Part shown: in pieces, positions 1 through 8,571 of the stretch
Layout of the letters: every line of letters begins with the position of its first letter
Numbering within the stretch: the stretch's first letter is position 1
Assembly: GCA_016930155.1 (NCBI GenBank)
Contig: JAFGHL010000093.1
Span: 38,339 to 102,338 of the forward strand
DNA: 64,000 nt
Direction: 5' to 3'
Source of the DNA: Dehalococcoidia bacterium
GTDB lineage: Bacteria > Chloroflexota > Dehalococcoidia > GIF9 > UBA5629
Notes under the pieces: generated by a model
Told to the model about the DNA's origin: nothing
Databases searched by the model: none
What the model saw: only the letters and a program-made list of their open reading frames with translations
Translations under genes and position numbers: made by a program

Positions 1-117
1 GTGGTAACCAAGCAGACCGGCTTTGACCTTAAGACAATCTATACGCTTTTCCCGAGTGGACTGGCCAAAGGCGGATGCAAAATTGCAGGGCTGCCTAAAC
101 CCACCGGCTGCGTTTAA
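1..117 (+). CDS. 3' end of an unidentified CDS entering from upstream (...LFPSGLAKGGCKIAGLPKPTGCV*)
   Basis: Frame 1 is open from nt 1 to TAA at 115-117. Only 38 aa are visible and no family is recognised. Confidence 0.3.
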   Translation: MVTKQTGFDLKTIYTLFPSGLAKGGCKIAGLPKPTGCV

Positions 118-162
118 TATATACCTGTTCCCCCTGTTTCAAGCAATCAATTTATTGAGGTC

Positions 163-1560
163 GTGGTGGTCAATAAGCATTTTATCGATGTAAGTTGTTG
201 CCGGCTATGTGGCACCTGCCTTTCCAGTTGTCCCGTTTTGAATTACAGCCCGGAGCTTGCGCGCGCTGCCAAAGACCGGTTAAACCGCGGACTCGACATT
301 GATGTGCTTGATAGATGCACCACCTGCTTTTCATGTAACTCATACTGCCCCAATGACTGCCACCCTTATGAGTTGATCCTGTTGCGCTGGCATGAACGCT
401 ATTTGAGGCTGGGCCTGCCGGCCATCGCCCGCATGGTAATACCAGGCGATCAATCTTCCATCTGGAGCCAGCTGTACCCATTGCTTCCCTCCGATGAGAA
501 AGATCAGATAAGAGAATGGCGGAGGATGGAGGGCAAGCATGGCAGAGATATCCTGCTGACCGGGTGCTTCAGCTCTTTTTCTCCCTTCCTGGCTGCTAAC
601 TCCGTGCTGAAAGGCCTGACGGCCTATGGGGACGAGCGCCTCTGGTGCAGTGGCGGGCATATCTACCAGCTCGGGTTGCTGGATGTTGTGAAGAAGGCCG
701 GCCTGCGAATCAAAAAGGTGCTTGAGGAGTTGAAGCCCCTCCGTGTAGTGACCATGATGGCCGCAGAACACGCAATGCTGACCCGCATACTGCCTGAGAA
801 ATTCGGTATCAATATAAACACCGATGTCATCACGCTGGAACAATGGCTGCTTCAACAATTACAATCAGGCAATCTGCCGCTGAGCTCACCCGTACAGCGG
901 CGCATCGCCATACATGACAACTGCTTCTCTAAAAGTGAGGGAGACAGCCTGTGGCGGGCAGTCAGGGAAATAGCATCGGGCTGCGGGGCTGATCTGGTGG
1001 AGATGCCGCATAATCGCCGGGACGCCCTGTGCTGCGGGTTCGGCGCCGCCGCCGGTAAATTCAGCCTGCTGGACCTGATCGAACATGGTTCCAAACGTCT
1101 GAAGGAAGCCGAGCAGGCGGGCGCAGATTGTCTGGTGACATACTGCTCGGCATGTTATTTCATCTTCTCCGTGGTGAAGGAGCTTTACGGCAGCAGGCTG
1201 GAATTATATCACCTGCTTGAGCTGATTGATCTGGCCCGGGGAGATAAACCGCTGCACCGCACACGACAGCGGGCCTTTCAGATCATCGCTATCATAACGG
1301 CCAATATACTGCGCATGACCTTTAACAGCGCCGCCCGCCGCCGCTTTCATATCGATCTGAGCCTGTTTGACCGTGAGTTGTCACAGGATGATACAGGCAC
1401 GGAACCAGCACGCCTCGTAAGGTTTTTCAATACCCTCTATAATAGTGCGGCCTTTCGTAATGCGGTAGTTCTCGGCATTCTGCACTTTACCGTCAGGACG
1501 ATTATATATTTTCGCAGGAGGTTGAGCCATGACAGATACGGGGAAATATCAGTTTCATGA
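163..1560 (+). CDS. HdrD/GlcF-like (Fe-S)-binding protein with a CCG domain
   Basis: Two CxxCxxCxxxCP motifs (CRLCGTCLSSCP, CTTCFSCNSYCP). C-terminal CCG-domain signature DALCCGFG...YCSACYF. GTG start preceded by GAGG. Confidence 0.75.
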   Translation: MVVNKHFIDVSCCRLCGTCLSSCPVLNYSPELARAAKDRLNRGLDIDVLDRCTTCFSCNSYCPNDCHPYELILLRWHERYLRLGLPAIARMVIPGDQSSIWSQLYPLLPSDEKDQIREWRRMEGKHGRDILLTGCFSSFSPFLAANSVLKGLTAYGDERLWCSGGHIYQLGLLDVVKKAGLRIKKVLEELKPLRVVTMMAAEHAMLTRILPEKFGININTDVITLEQWLLQQLQSGNLPLSSPVQRRIAIHDNCFSKSEGDSLWRAVREIASGCGADLVEMPHNRRDALCCGFGAAAGKFSLLDLIEHGSKRLKEAEQAGADCLVTYCSACYFIFSVVKELYGSRLELYHLLELIDLARGDKPLHRTRQRAFQIIAIITANILRMTFNSAARRRFHIDLSLFDRELSQDDTGTEPARLVRFFNTLYNSAAFRNAVVLGILHFTVRTIIYFRRRLSHDRYGEISVS

Positions 1561-2728
1561 TGTGGAGAACTGCCAGCTTTGCGGAGAATGCCTGTCGCGC
1601 TGTCCCGAGCTTAACCTGCCGTTAGAGGTTGCCAAACGGGAGAAACTGAAAATCAACCGGGGAGAGATAAGCCATCACATATCAAAGGCATGCACGGGTT
1701 GTTTCAACTGCGACGCATACTGCCCAAACCAGGCCAATCCCTGCGAGACCATCGTCCATCACTGGTGGGAAGTATACCACAGCCGCGGCCTGCCGGAACG
1801 GGCACGCTACTTTCAACCGCTGGAGCCATTGAATTTCCGCAGCTATGTTACGCAACGTCTGCCGGCGGATGAAAAGGCCAGGCTGGCAAGCTGGGATGAT
1901 ATCGCTCCCTGTGAGGAATTCATCTACCCGGGCTGTAATGTCTGCACCGTTCCCTACCTCACAGAAACATCGCTATTGCCTAAAATACCCATTCGCGGCG
2001 GCCTCTCCTGGTGCTGCGCTGAAACCTATTTCCGCACCGGATGTTACGACCTGGCGGAAGCCCAGGGCAAACGCATGCAGGCACGTTTTAAAGAAATGGG
2101 AGCTAAAAACATTCTCATGATGTGCACAGCCGGCACCTTTGTCTTCACCAAAGTAATGCCCGAGCGCCTGGGCATTAAATTCGATGCTAAATTCAAACCT
2201 CTTGTGCGCTACCTCTGGGAAGAGCTGCAGAGCGGCAGGATCAAGATCGAGCGCAAGCTCAATATGTCTGCTACGGTGCAAGACTCCTGTTATTCCAAGT
2301 TTCTGGAACCGGACTATATCGAGCTTCCGCGCAAGATTCTCCAACATATAGGTATCGAAGTGATTGAGATGCCTCGCAGCCGGGATAGAATGGTATGCTG
2401 CGGCATCGGCGCCGGCTTCAGCATTGAGAGTAGTTACAACACTATAGAACTGACACGCTCCACGCTGAAGAGATTGGGTGAGGCCAAACGGACAAATGCG
2501 GAAATACTCTGCGTTTATTGCGCGGGCTGCCTGCAAATGCTTGGCTCCGGTTCGCTGCTGTACCCGGGAGCCCCGCAGATATACCATCTGCTCGAACTGG
2601 TGCAGATGGCAGCCGGCGAGACGCCTCAGCGTCGAATCAGGCAGAGGGCCCTGACCATGTTCAGCGGGACGCTGGTCAACCAGGCGCCTAAATTATTATC
2701 ACGCTCACGTTTCAGGCCCACCATATAG
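1529..2728 (+). CDS. HdrD/GlcF-like (Fe-S)-binding protein with a CCG domain (paralog)
   Basis: CQLCGECLSRCP and CTGCFNCDAYCP motifs, RMVCCGIGAG and YCAGCLQM. AGGAGG RBS. Overlaps the upstream gene by 32 nt. Confidence 0.8.
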   Translation: MTDTGKYQFHDVENCQLCGECLSRCPELNLPLEVAKREKLKINRGEISHHISKACTGCFNCDAYCPNQANPCETIVHHWWEVYHSRGLPERARYFQPLEPLNFRSYVTQRLPADEKARLASWDDIAPCEEFIYPGCNVCTVPYLTETSLLPKIPIRGGLSWCCAETYFRTGCYDLAEAQGKRMQARFKEMGAKNILMMCTAGTFVFTKVMPERLGIKFDAKFKPLVRYLWEELQSGRIKIERKLNMSATVQDSCYSKFLEPDYIELPRKILQHIGIEVIEMPRSRDRMVCCGIGAGFSIESSYNTIELTRSTLKRLGEAKRTNAEILCVYCAGCLQMLGSGSLLYPGAPQIYHLLELVQMAAGETPQRRIRQRALTMFSGTLVNQAPKLLSRSRFRPTI

Positions 2729-2798
2729 CACAGCAACAAAGCGTATAATAGGCATAATAATAAATACATGAGTCCGGACACAGGAGGTTAGTAGCGCC

Positions 2799-3848
2799 AT
2801 GCTTCAGCTTCGATTCGACAAAGACAAATGCGCAAAGTGCAAATCCGTGCCTTGCCTCACCAAATGCCAGTATATCAAGCTTGACGCAAAAGAGGCCAAA
2901 CAACAATGGTCGAAAATAATTAATGGGGAAAATTCATTTGTACTTGAAGCCTGCACTACCTGCTACGCCTGTGAAGAATACTGCCCGCACGGCAATCATC
3001 CATTCTACATGATCGTTGACAGGCAGGAAGAAAAAGGGATACTGCCTGCTCCCCGGCCGATAATCACCATGTGGGTAAACCAGTGCCAGCCCGTCGGCAG
3101 ATACATGGTGGGCATGCTGCAGGAAAAGGCGCTGTCCTACTGCCTGCTGCCGCAATTCAACATGCTTGCTCACGGCAAGCTGTTCCAGGAAATCGAATAT
3201 TCCGTAATAGTCGGCCAGGAGTTTTTCTGCAACGCTGTTTTCCTGCACTACGCAAAACTGTCGCTTATAAGAGAAAGGTTGCCGATCATCATGGAGAATA
3301 TAAAAAAGCTGGGTATTAAGGAACTGGTCTGCCTTCATGACGAATGCTACGCGACCTATACTTCGATTGCGCCCGCCTACGGCATAGAAGTGCCATTTAA
3401 GCCGGTGCACTATTACGAATACCTGCTGGAACGACTGAACAAACTCCAATCGCAGGTTAAGCCTCTGAATCTGAAAGCGGCCTACCAGAGAAACTGCTCC
3501 ACCAGATTGATACCGCAGATTGATCATTTTGTTGATGATATCTTCAATACTATCGGCGTTGAAAGGGTCAAGCGGAAATACGACAGACAGACAGCGCTTT
3601 GCTGTGGCGAGATCTTCAGAATGGGCATGGGACCTGACCTGGCCGATGATGTCCAGAAAAGAAACATAGACGACATGCTGGAATCAGGCGCCGAATACGT
3701 TGTTTTCAATTGCCCCGCCTGCTGGGATTCGCTGGCGGACAAGGTGGCCACGCGTGGACTAAAGCCCATCCACATGATCGATCTTTGCAGGCTGGCCATA
3801 GGGGAGGAACAGGGCCTTCAGATGTTTAAAATGGAAGCAGGGGTGTAA
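2799..3848 (+). CDS. HdrD/GlcF-like (Fe-S)-binding protein with a CCG domain (paralog; variant first cluster motif)
   Basis: CAKCKSVPCLTKC and CTTCYACEEYCP, TALCCGEIF...NCPACW. AGGAGG RBS. Confidence 0.75.
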   Translation: MLQLRFDKDKCAKCKSVPCLTKCQYIKLDAKEAKQQWSKIINGENSFVLEACTTCYACEEYCPHGNHPFYMIVDRQEEKGILPAPRPIITMWVNQCQPVGRYMVGMLQEKALSYCLLPQFNMLAHGKLFQEIEYSVIVGQEFFCNAVFLHYAKLSLIRERLPIIMENIKKLGIKELVCLHDECYATYTSIAPAYGIEVPFKPVHYYEYLLERLNKLQSQVKPLNLKAAYQRNCSTRLIPQIDHFVDDIFNTIGVERVKRKYDRQTALCCGEIFRMGMGPDLADDVQKRNIDDMLESGAEYVVFNCPACWDSLADKVATRGLKPIHMIDLCRLAIGEEQGLQMFKMEAGV

Positions 3849-3853
3849 ATGCG

Positions 3854-5239
3854 ATGATAGATATATTACAGGAACTCTGCAAGATCACCGATAAAGACTA
3901 CATATCCAACAATCAAGAGGAGCTCTACCTCTACGGGCGGGACCCGGGCTTGATGCCGCCTCATGAGCCTGATTATGTTGTCATGCCGTCAACGGTTGAT
4001 GAGATACAGGCCATAGTCAGACTGGCAAACAGAGAGAAAATTCCGATTATCCCCAAAGGCGGCGGCCTTTCTCTTACAGGACTGGTTATCCCGCAAAAAG
4101 GCGGTATCCTGCTGGACATGAAGCGGATGGGGAAAATACTGGAAGTAAACGAGTCGGCAGGATATGTGATAGTGGAAGGCGGTACCACGCACGGCGCATT
4201 GAAAAGCTACCTGTTAAAGAATTATCCGCATCTTCGTCACAGCATACCTGATTCTCCCCCGATAACAACAATCACAGCGAACGCGGTAATACACGGCCAG
4301 GGGCGCCTTACGCAGCAACACGGATTCAACTCCGACATGGTCTGCGGCCTGGAGGTGGTGCTGCCCACAGGGGAAAAATGCAAAATCGGCTCCTGCGCAG
4401 TCTCGACATACTGGTTCTCCAAGGGACCGCCTCTGCCTGACCTGAGCAGCCTGTTTTTCGGCTGGTTTGGCACCACCGGCATCATCACCAAGCTGGCGCT
4501 GAGACTCTATCCCTGCAAGAAGATTCGAGATGCCATGCTTTTCCTCACCGATGAGGCTGAACTGGTGCCCGAAATCATGCGCAAACTTGGCCGCACTGAA
4601 ATGGTAGAAGACCTGGTGGTGACCGCACAGCCGATACCGCTCAGGTTCAGGGGCAATTATTATATACTTTTCTATATAACAGGCGATACTGAAGAGGAAT
4701 TGGATTTCAAAAAGAAAATGGCCTGGCGTGCGCTATGGGAATACTTCGAAAGGAGGGAAGGCGGGTTTGTTAGCCTGCCCCCTGAAATGAAAGCGCCCAT
4801 GCTGGCCATGCCTTCAAAAGACACTACCAGGTTTGCGGATGTCAGTAAAGGCGGTGGATTTGAATACAGCGGCCCTATAGCCCCCCTGGAAAAGTATCCC
4901 GCATACGTTAAAAAGCTGGCTGAACTGGCTAATAAATACGACCTTTTCTATTCATCAGCCGCCCGTATGATCGACGGCGGGCACTGCATGATGTTTTCCT
5001 TCTCTTACACTTTTAACCGGGCTGACCCGGATACGATGAAAAGGGCCAAGCAGGCGCTTGATGAAGCCGCTGATTTTGCCCTGGAAAACGGCGGGGTTAT
5101 GTGGAAACCTAATATCGATGAACAACAAATGACCATGGCTAAAATGGATCCCGAAACACTCAATTTAATGATGAAGATTAAACATTTACTGGATCCCAAC
5201 GGCATTATGAATCCCGGTAACTGGGAGGTGTCCCGATGA
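3854..5239 (+). CDS. FAD-linked oxidase (GlcD / D-lactate dehydrogenase family)
   Basis: 461 aa. N-terminal FAD-binding PCMH-type pattern (VVMPSTVDEIQAIVRLANREKIPIIPKGGGLSLTG) and the C-terminal tail typical of the family (LLDPNGIMNPG). Confidence 0.85.
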   Translation: MIDILQELCKITDKDYISNNQEELYLYGRDPGLMPPHEPDYVVMPSTVDEIQAIVRLANREKIPIIPKGGGLSLTGLVIPQKGGILLDMKRMGKILEVNESAGYVIVEGGTTHGALKSYLLKNYPHLRHSIPDSPPITTITANAVIHGQGRLTQQHGFNSDMVCGLEVVLPTGEKCKIGSCAVSTYWFSKGPPLPDLSSLFFGWFGTTGIITKLALRLYPCKKIRDAMLFLTDEAELVPEIMRKLGRTEMVEDLVVTAQPIPLRFRGNYYILFYITGDTEEELDFKKKMAWRALWEYFERREGGFVSLPPEMKAPMLAMPSKDTTRFADVSKGGGFEYSGPIAPLEKYPAYVKKLAELANKYDLFYSSAARMIDGGHCMMFSFSYTFNRADPDTMKRAKQALDEAADFALENGGVMWKPNIDEQQMTMAKMDPETLNLMMKIKHLLDPNGIMNPGNWEVSR

Positions 5240-6393
5240 AGAAATACCAGGCCCAGATTCACAGGTGCTTCAGGTGCGGTTACTGCAAATTTCCCACTGA
5301 CTACTCAGCGATAAATTGCCCGTCATATAACAGGTTCAGGTTCGATACCTATTCCACGGGCGGCAGGTTGTGGCTGACACACGCTTGGTTGAAAGGCGAG
5401 CTGCCATGGTCGGAGCACCTTGCCGAGATACTCTACGCATGTACCAACTGCAATAACTGCAGCGAGCAGTGCCCGATGAAGTTTGCTCCCGACATCGTAG
5501 AATGGATCATCGGCGCCAGGAGCGATATGGTGGAGCAGGGGAAAATCCCCGCCAGGGTCAAGCGCTTCCTTGAAGCTGTTTACAACTATGGTAACCCGTT
5601 TAAAAACCTGCGGAATGAACGCGCCGCCTGGGCAAATGGCGCCAGGCTTTATGAGAAAGGCGACGATTTCCTGCTGTATATAGGCTGCCTTGGCTCCTAT
5701 GACGAAAATGGCCAGAAAATGGCCAGAAATCTGGTCAGCTTACTGGAAACGGCAGGAATATCCTTCGGTATACTCGGCAACGATGAGGAGTGCTGCGGGA
5801 ATGAAGTATATTCGTTGGGAGAGACCGAGTTATTCAACACGCTGGCAAAAAAGAATATCGATAAATTCAGGGAATTAGATATAAAAAAGGTTATCACGCT
5901 ATGCCCGCATGGTTACAACATTATGAAGAACCGCTACCAGGACATGGGTTATACCTTCGAGGTTTATCACTTTACACAGGTACTGGACAGCCTGCTAAGA
6001 GATAAGCTGCTCAAGCCGGAGGCGGGCAGGTTAAAAGTAACATACCATGATCCCTGTTTTCTGGGCAGGCACAATAAAGTTTATGATCCCCCTCGCAGTG
6101 CCCTGCGAAGCCTGAATGGAATCGATCTCATCGAGATGGGCAGAAATAAGGCCGATGCCTTTTGTTGTGGAGGCGGCAGCGGTAATTTTGTGACCGATTA
6201 CCTGGCCGGGGGACAGGACAGCCCGGCAAGGACGCGCATAAGAGAGGCTGCGCAGTCCGGGGCAGATATTCTGGCGCTGGCCTGTCCCGGATGCATGGTG
6301 ATGTTTCAGGATGCACTGAAGGCTGAAAACCTCGAAGGCAAGCTGCAGATAAAGGATATTGCCGCAATCATCAGCGAATCACTGGCTCATTAA
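5236..6393 (+). CDS. GlcF-like Fe-S subunit with two CCG domains
   Basis: CTNCNNCSEQCP, EECCGNE and AFCCGGGSG...CPGCMVMF. ATGA start/stop overlap with the flavoprotein gene, which suggests translational coupling. Confidence 0.85.
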   Translation: MKKYQAQIHRCFRCGYCKFPTDYSAINCPSYNRFRFDTYSTGGRLWLTHAWLKGELPWSEHLAEILYACTNCNNCSEQCPMKFAPDIVEWIIGARSDMVEQGKIPARVKRFLEAVYNYGNPFKNLRNERAAWANGARLYEKGDDFLLYIGCLGSYDENGQKMARNLVSLLETAGISFGILGNDEECCGNEVYSLGETELFNTLAKKNIDKFRELDIKKVITLCPHGYNIMKNRYQDMGYTFEVYHFTQVLDSLLRDKLLKPEAGRLKVTYHDPCFLGRHNKVYDPPRSALRSLNGIDLIEMGRNKADAFCCGGGSGNFVTDYLAGGQDSPARTRIREAAQSGADILALACPGCMVMFQDALKAENLEGKLQIKDIAAIISESLAH

Positions 6394-6453
6394 CAGCCGC
6401 GAGAAACCGCATAGACCGGTTAATTGGATGAGATTGCTGCTTCCGGGTTATTA

Positions 6454-6681
6454 TTATTTCCTGATCGTGGAGATTTTAAGTAATTTATATAAGCCGCAAA
6501 ATCCGGTTATTCCTGTGATAAGTGCGATCAGGCCTAAAATGATCAGTACTATCATAGCCACCAATCCCCATGAACTCTGAAAATAGATTCCCAATCCGAT
6601 CAGGATAATTCCAAGTATTATCCTGATAACCCGGTCAACCGTGCCCTCATTCTTCTCCATAGCATCACCTTCCCTGCGCAA
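6454..6681 (-). CDS. DUF2892 (YgaP-like) small membrane protein
   Basis: 75 aa. Has VDRVIRIILGIILIGLGIY followed by a second TM helix ending CGLYKLL, the typical DUF2892 pattern. Confidence 0.7.
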   Translation of the reverse strand: MRREGDAMEKNEGTVDRVIRIILGIILIGLGIYFQSSWGLVAMIVLIILGLIALITGITGFCGLYKLLKISTIRK

Positions 6682-6726
6682 ATTCTACTATTGTCCGTAT
6701 GATTTTCAATTACAGAAGCAGGCTTT

Positions 6727-7023
6727 TCAAAACCGGCCCTGGTTGACTCTGGACCTGAGCCTCTCAATACGCCTATCGAGGCTATCTATTCTAAGCTTTA
6801 ATGCGTTAATCGACTGTGCCAAGTCTGAGCCTGAAACCGGCGCAAGTTCTGTTAAGGCTCCCCGGGGGCAGACATCGATACAGAGGCGGCAATGATTGCA
6901 TCGGTTATGGTCTATCTGAACCCCATCCCGGCTTAGAGAGATAGCTCCCGTCGAGCAGATCTGCTCACATAGCCCGCATCCCAGGCATAGGGATTTCCTG
7001 ACTTCGACTACTGTATTATTCAC
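6727..7023 (-). CDS. 2x[4Fe-4S] ferredoxin-domain protein with a C-terminal coiled-coil tail
   Basis: CLGCGLCEQIC and CNHCRLCIDVCP, then a heptad-like tail DLAQSINALKLRIDSLDRRIERLRSRV. Confidence 0.75.
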   Translation of the reverse strand: MNNTVVEVRKSLCLGCGLCEQICSTGAISLSRDGVQIDHNRCNHCRLCIDVCPRGALTELAPVSGSDLAQSINALKLRIDSLDRRIERLRSRVNQGRF

Positions 7024-7176
7024 TTTGGCTGATTACTCCTTGAACATGTTTTACCTCTGGTATGGCCAGGGCCTCAACCCGATGTAGCATGTCTCGATTT
7101 GTGATATGACATGATCTGACCTGAACATTTTCACCTGTATAAATAGTTATTTTAATAGAGCGCGAGTCACGTTACT

Positions 7177-7911
7177 TCATCTATTTGCCTGTTTCAGCAT
7201 TGTGAGCTGTTGAATTCCTTTGATCTGGCGGTAGGTAGCCCCTTCGCCCACACAGCGAAGAGCTAACTCCGAATCGATCACCCTGGTGCCGGATATGGCA
7301 TTAACACCGTAATCAAACAGAACGGGCGATAAGGGAGAAGTGTCACCAAGTATAACCACATAGGCTTTTCGACTGCACAGTTGTAAAAGCAGCTCCACCG
7401 TGTGATTGGTGAAGGCAGTGCCGGTAATGGCTACAACGTCAGCTTGCGGTATAATTTCTGCCGCCTGATCCTCTGTAAGATCACCCTCACCCGGATTTTT
7501 CTCAATAACCCAGAGCTCTTTAACAATTCCGCGCAGTTTAGGTATAAAAGGGAAGTGCCCTACAATAGCTACTCTTTTAGCTCTCCCTTCCTCAGCAATA
7601 ATATCTCGGGCATTGATGTTCAGGCAATTGTCCTCATCTATTTGCATGAGGGAGTTAATGGCAGCCATACCGATAGCCGCCTCAAGAATGCTTTGAGAAT
7701 GGGCCATCAACACCAGCTCTGATGCGCTCTTCGTCAACAACAGACCGCTGTCTTTTACAGAACCGTGTTCCTGTCGAAGCGCATCACGTGGCAGCGTCGC
7801 TGCCAGTCCGCAGTTCCTGGTAAGCACGGCGGTGTGAAACAAGCCCTGGCGTATATCTTTTACGCTCGCATCCGTATTCAAACCGGATATCAGCTCTTCA
7901 AGGATTTTCAT
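7177..7911 (-). CDS. DUF4213/DUF364 protein (putative metal-chelating Rossmann-like protein)
   Basis: 244 aa. The N-terminal DIRQGLFHTAVLTRNCGLA and central VAIVGHFPFIP patterns match my memory of DUF364 family proteins. Confidence 0.65.
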   Translation of the reverse strand: MKILEELISGLNTDASVKDIRQGLFHTAVLTRNCGLAATLPRDALRQEHGSVKDSGLLLTKSASELVLMAHSQSILEAAIGMAAINSLMQIDEDNCLNINARDIIAEEGRAKRVAIVGHFPFIPKLRGIVKELWVIEKNPGEGDLTEDQAAEIIPQADVVAITGTAFTNHTVELLLQLCSRKAYVVILGDTSPLSPVLFDYGVNAISGTRVIDSELALRCVGEGATYRQIKGIQQLTMLKQANR

Positions 7912-8063
7912 TAAGTTCTACTCCCCGCACCGGACACTATTCAGTATTTTTACCTTCTCCACTTATCCTGGCTCAGACCTGTTCATGATATTGAATAAAC
8001 CAATATGTGGCGCGAAAGATGCCCACCTATGGACAGTGTGGTTTCCTGCAGTATACCCCTGCT

Positions 8064-8091
8064 AATGTAATGAGCATATGCTCATTACATT
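8064..8091. promoter_or_regulatory. Perfect 28-nt palindrome AATGTAATGAGCATATGCTCATTACATT (operator O1)
   Basis: Read directly; each half is the exact reverse complement of the other. Shares the 16-nt core ATGAGCATATGCTCAT with the palindrome at 10150-10169. Confidence 0.8.
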
Positions 8092-8117
8092 GTAATGCCG
8101 GCAGATCAGCCTGTCAA
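8089..8117 (-). promoter_or_regulatory. Sigma70-type promoter TTGACA-17 nt-TACAAT reading toward the DUF364 gene
   Basis: On the minus strand the -35 TTGACA lies at 8117-8112, the spacer is 17 nt and the -10 TACAAT lies at 8094-8089. The -10 overlaps the outer arm of palindrome O1. Confidence 0.6.
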
Positions 8118-8178
8118 AAACGCTGCGATTTGTACCGCGGGAACCAAGTACCTGATTAATTGATGCCACACCATATTG

Positions 8179-8460
8179 TTATTCTCCGATATGTACTCGT
8201 CCCCAAATAGCCAGTGACCTTGCCAGCGAGTCGATCTCCTCCGGCTTTTTCGCCTTAGCCGCGGAAAAACAAAACCTGAAATAGTTATTTAATACCAGTG
8301 CTCCGACATTTTCAATTGCGGAACGTACGGCAGCCAACTGAGTTAATATGCTCTCACAATCACGGCCATCCTCGATCATTTTCTGCAAGCCGCGTGACTG
8401 CCCCTCGATTTTTTTGAGCCGATTAATTAACTCATCCCTGGATATCTCTTTTCTAACCAT
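8179..8460 (-). CDS. CsoR/RcnR-family (DUF156) metal- or persulfide-sensing repressor, of the CstR-like C...C type
   Basis: 93 aa. LINRLKKIEGQSRGLQKMIEDGRDCESILTQLAAVRSAIENV is the family signature. Cysteines at positions 35 and 64, with Tyr rather than His at position 60. Confidence 0.8.
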   Translation of the reverse strand: MVRKEISRDELINRLKKIEGQSRGLQKMIEDGRDCESILTQLAAVRSAIENVGALVLNNYFRFCFSAAKAKKPEEIDSLARSLAIWGRVHIGE

Positions 8461-8489
8461 AAAAACTCCGCCTTATCCTAAATACGTTT

Positions 8490-8518
8490 TTGCTTACTAT
8501 ACCCCGGTAGGGTATAAT
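8490..8518 (+). promoter_or_regulatory. Promoter TTGCTT-17 nt-TATAAT for the oxidoreductase gene
   Basis: -35 at 8490-8495 and -10 at 8513-8518, with a spacer of exactly 17 nt. Confidence 0.55.
8498..8516. promoter_or_regulatory. CsoR-type operator, inverted repeat TATACCC-5 nt-GGGTATA
   Basis: 7-nt perfect arms in the divergent csoR-like/oxidoreductase intergenic region, overlapping the spacer and the -10 of the promoter at 8490-8518. Confidence 0.65.
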
Positions 8519-8571
8519 TCCCGAAGCCCATTTATATCACTATTATATTATGAGAAGGAGCTAACTATAAA

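Noticed and set aside
6394-6453. The short stem AACCG-7 nt-CGGTT between the convergent genes, considered as a bidirectional terminator.
   Set aside because: A 5-bp stem without a flanking T or A tract is too weak to call.
8052-8058. A TATACCC half-site next to palindrome O1, considered as a second CsoR-type operator.
   Set aside because: No matching GGGTATA arm lies within 30 nt, so a single 7-mer is not evidence of a site.
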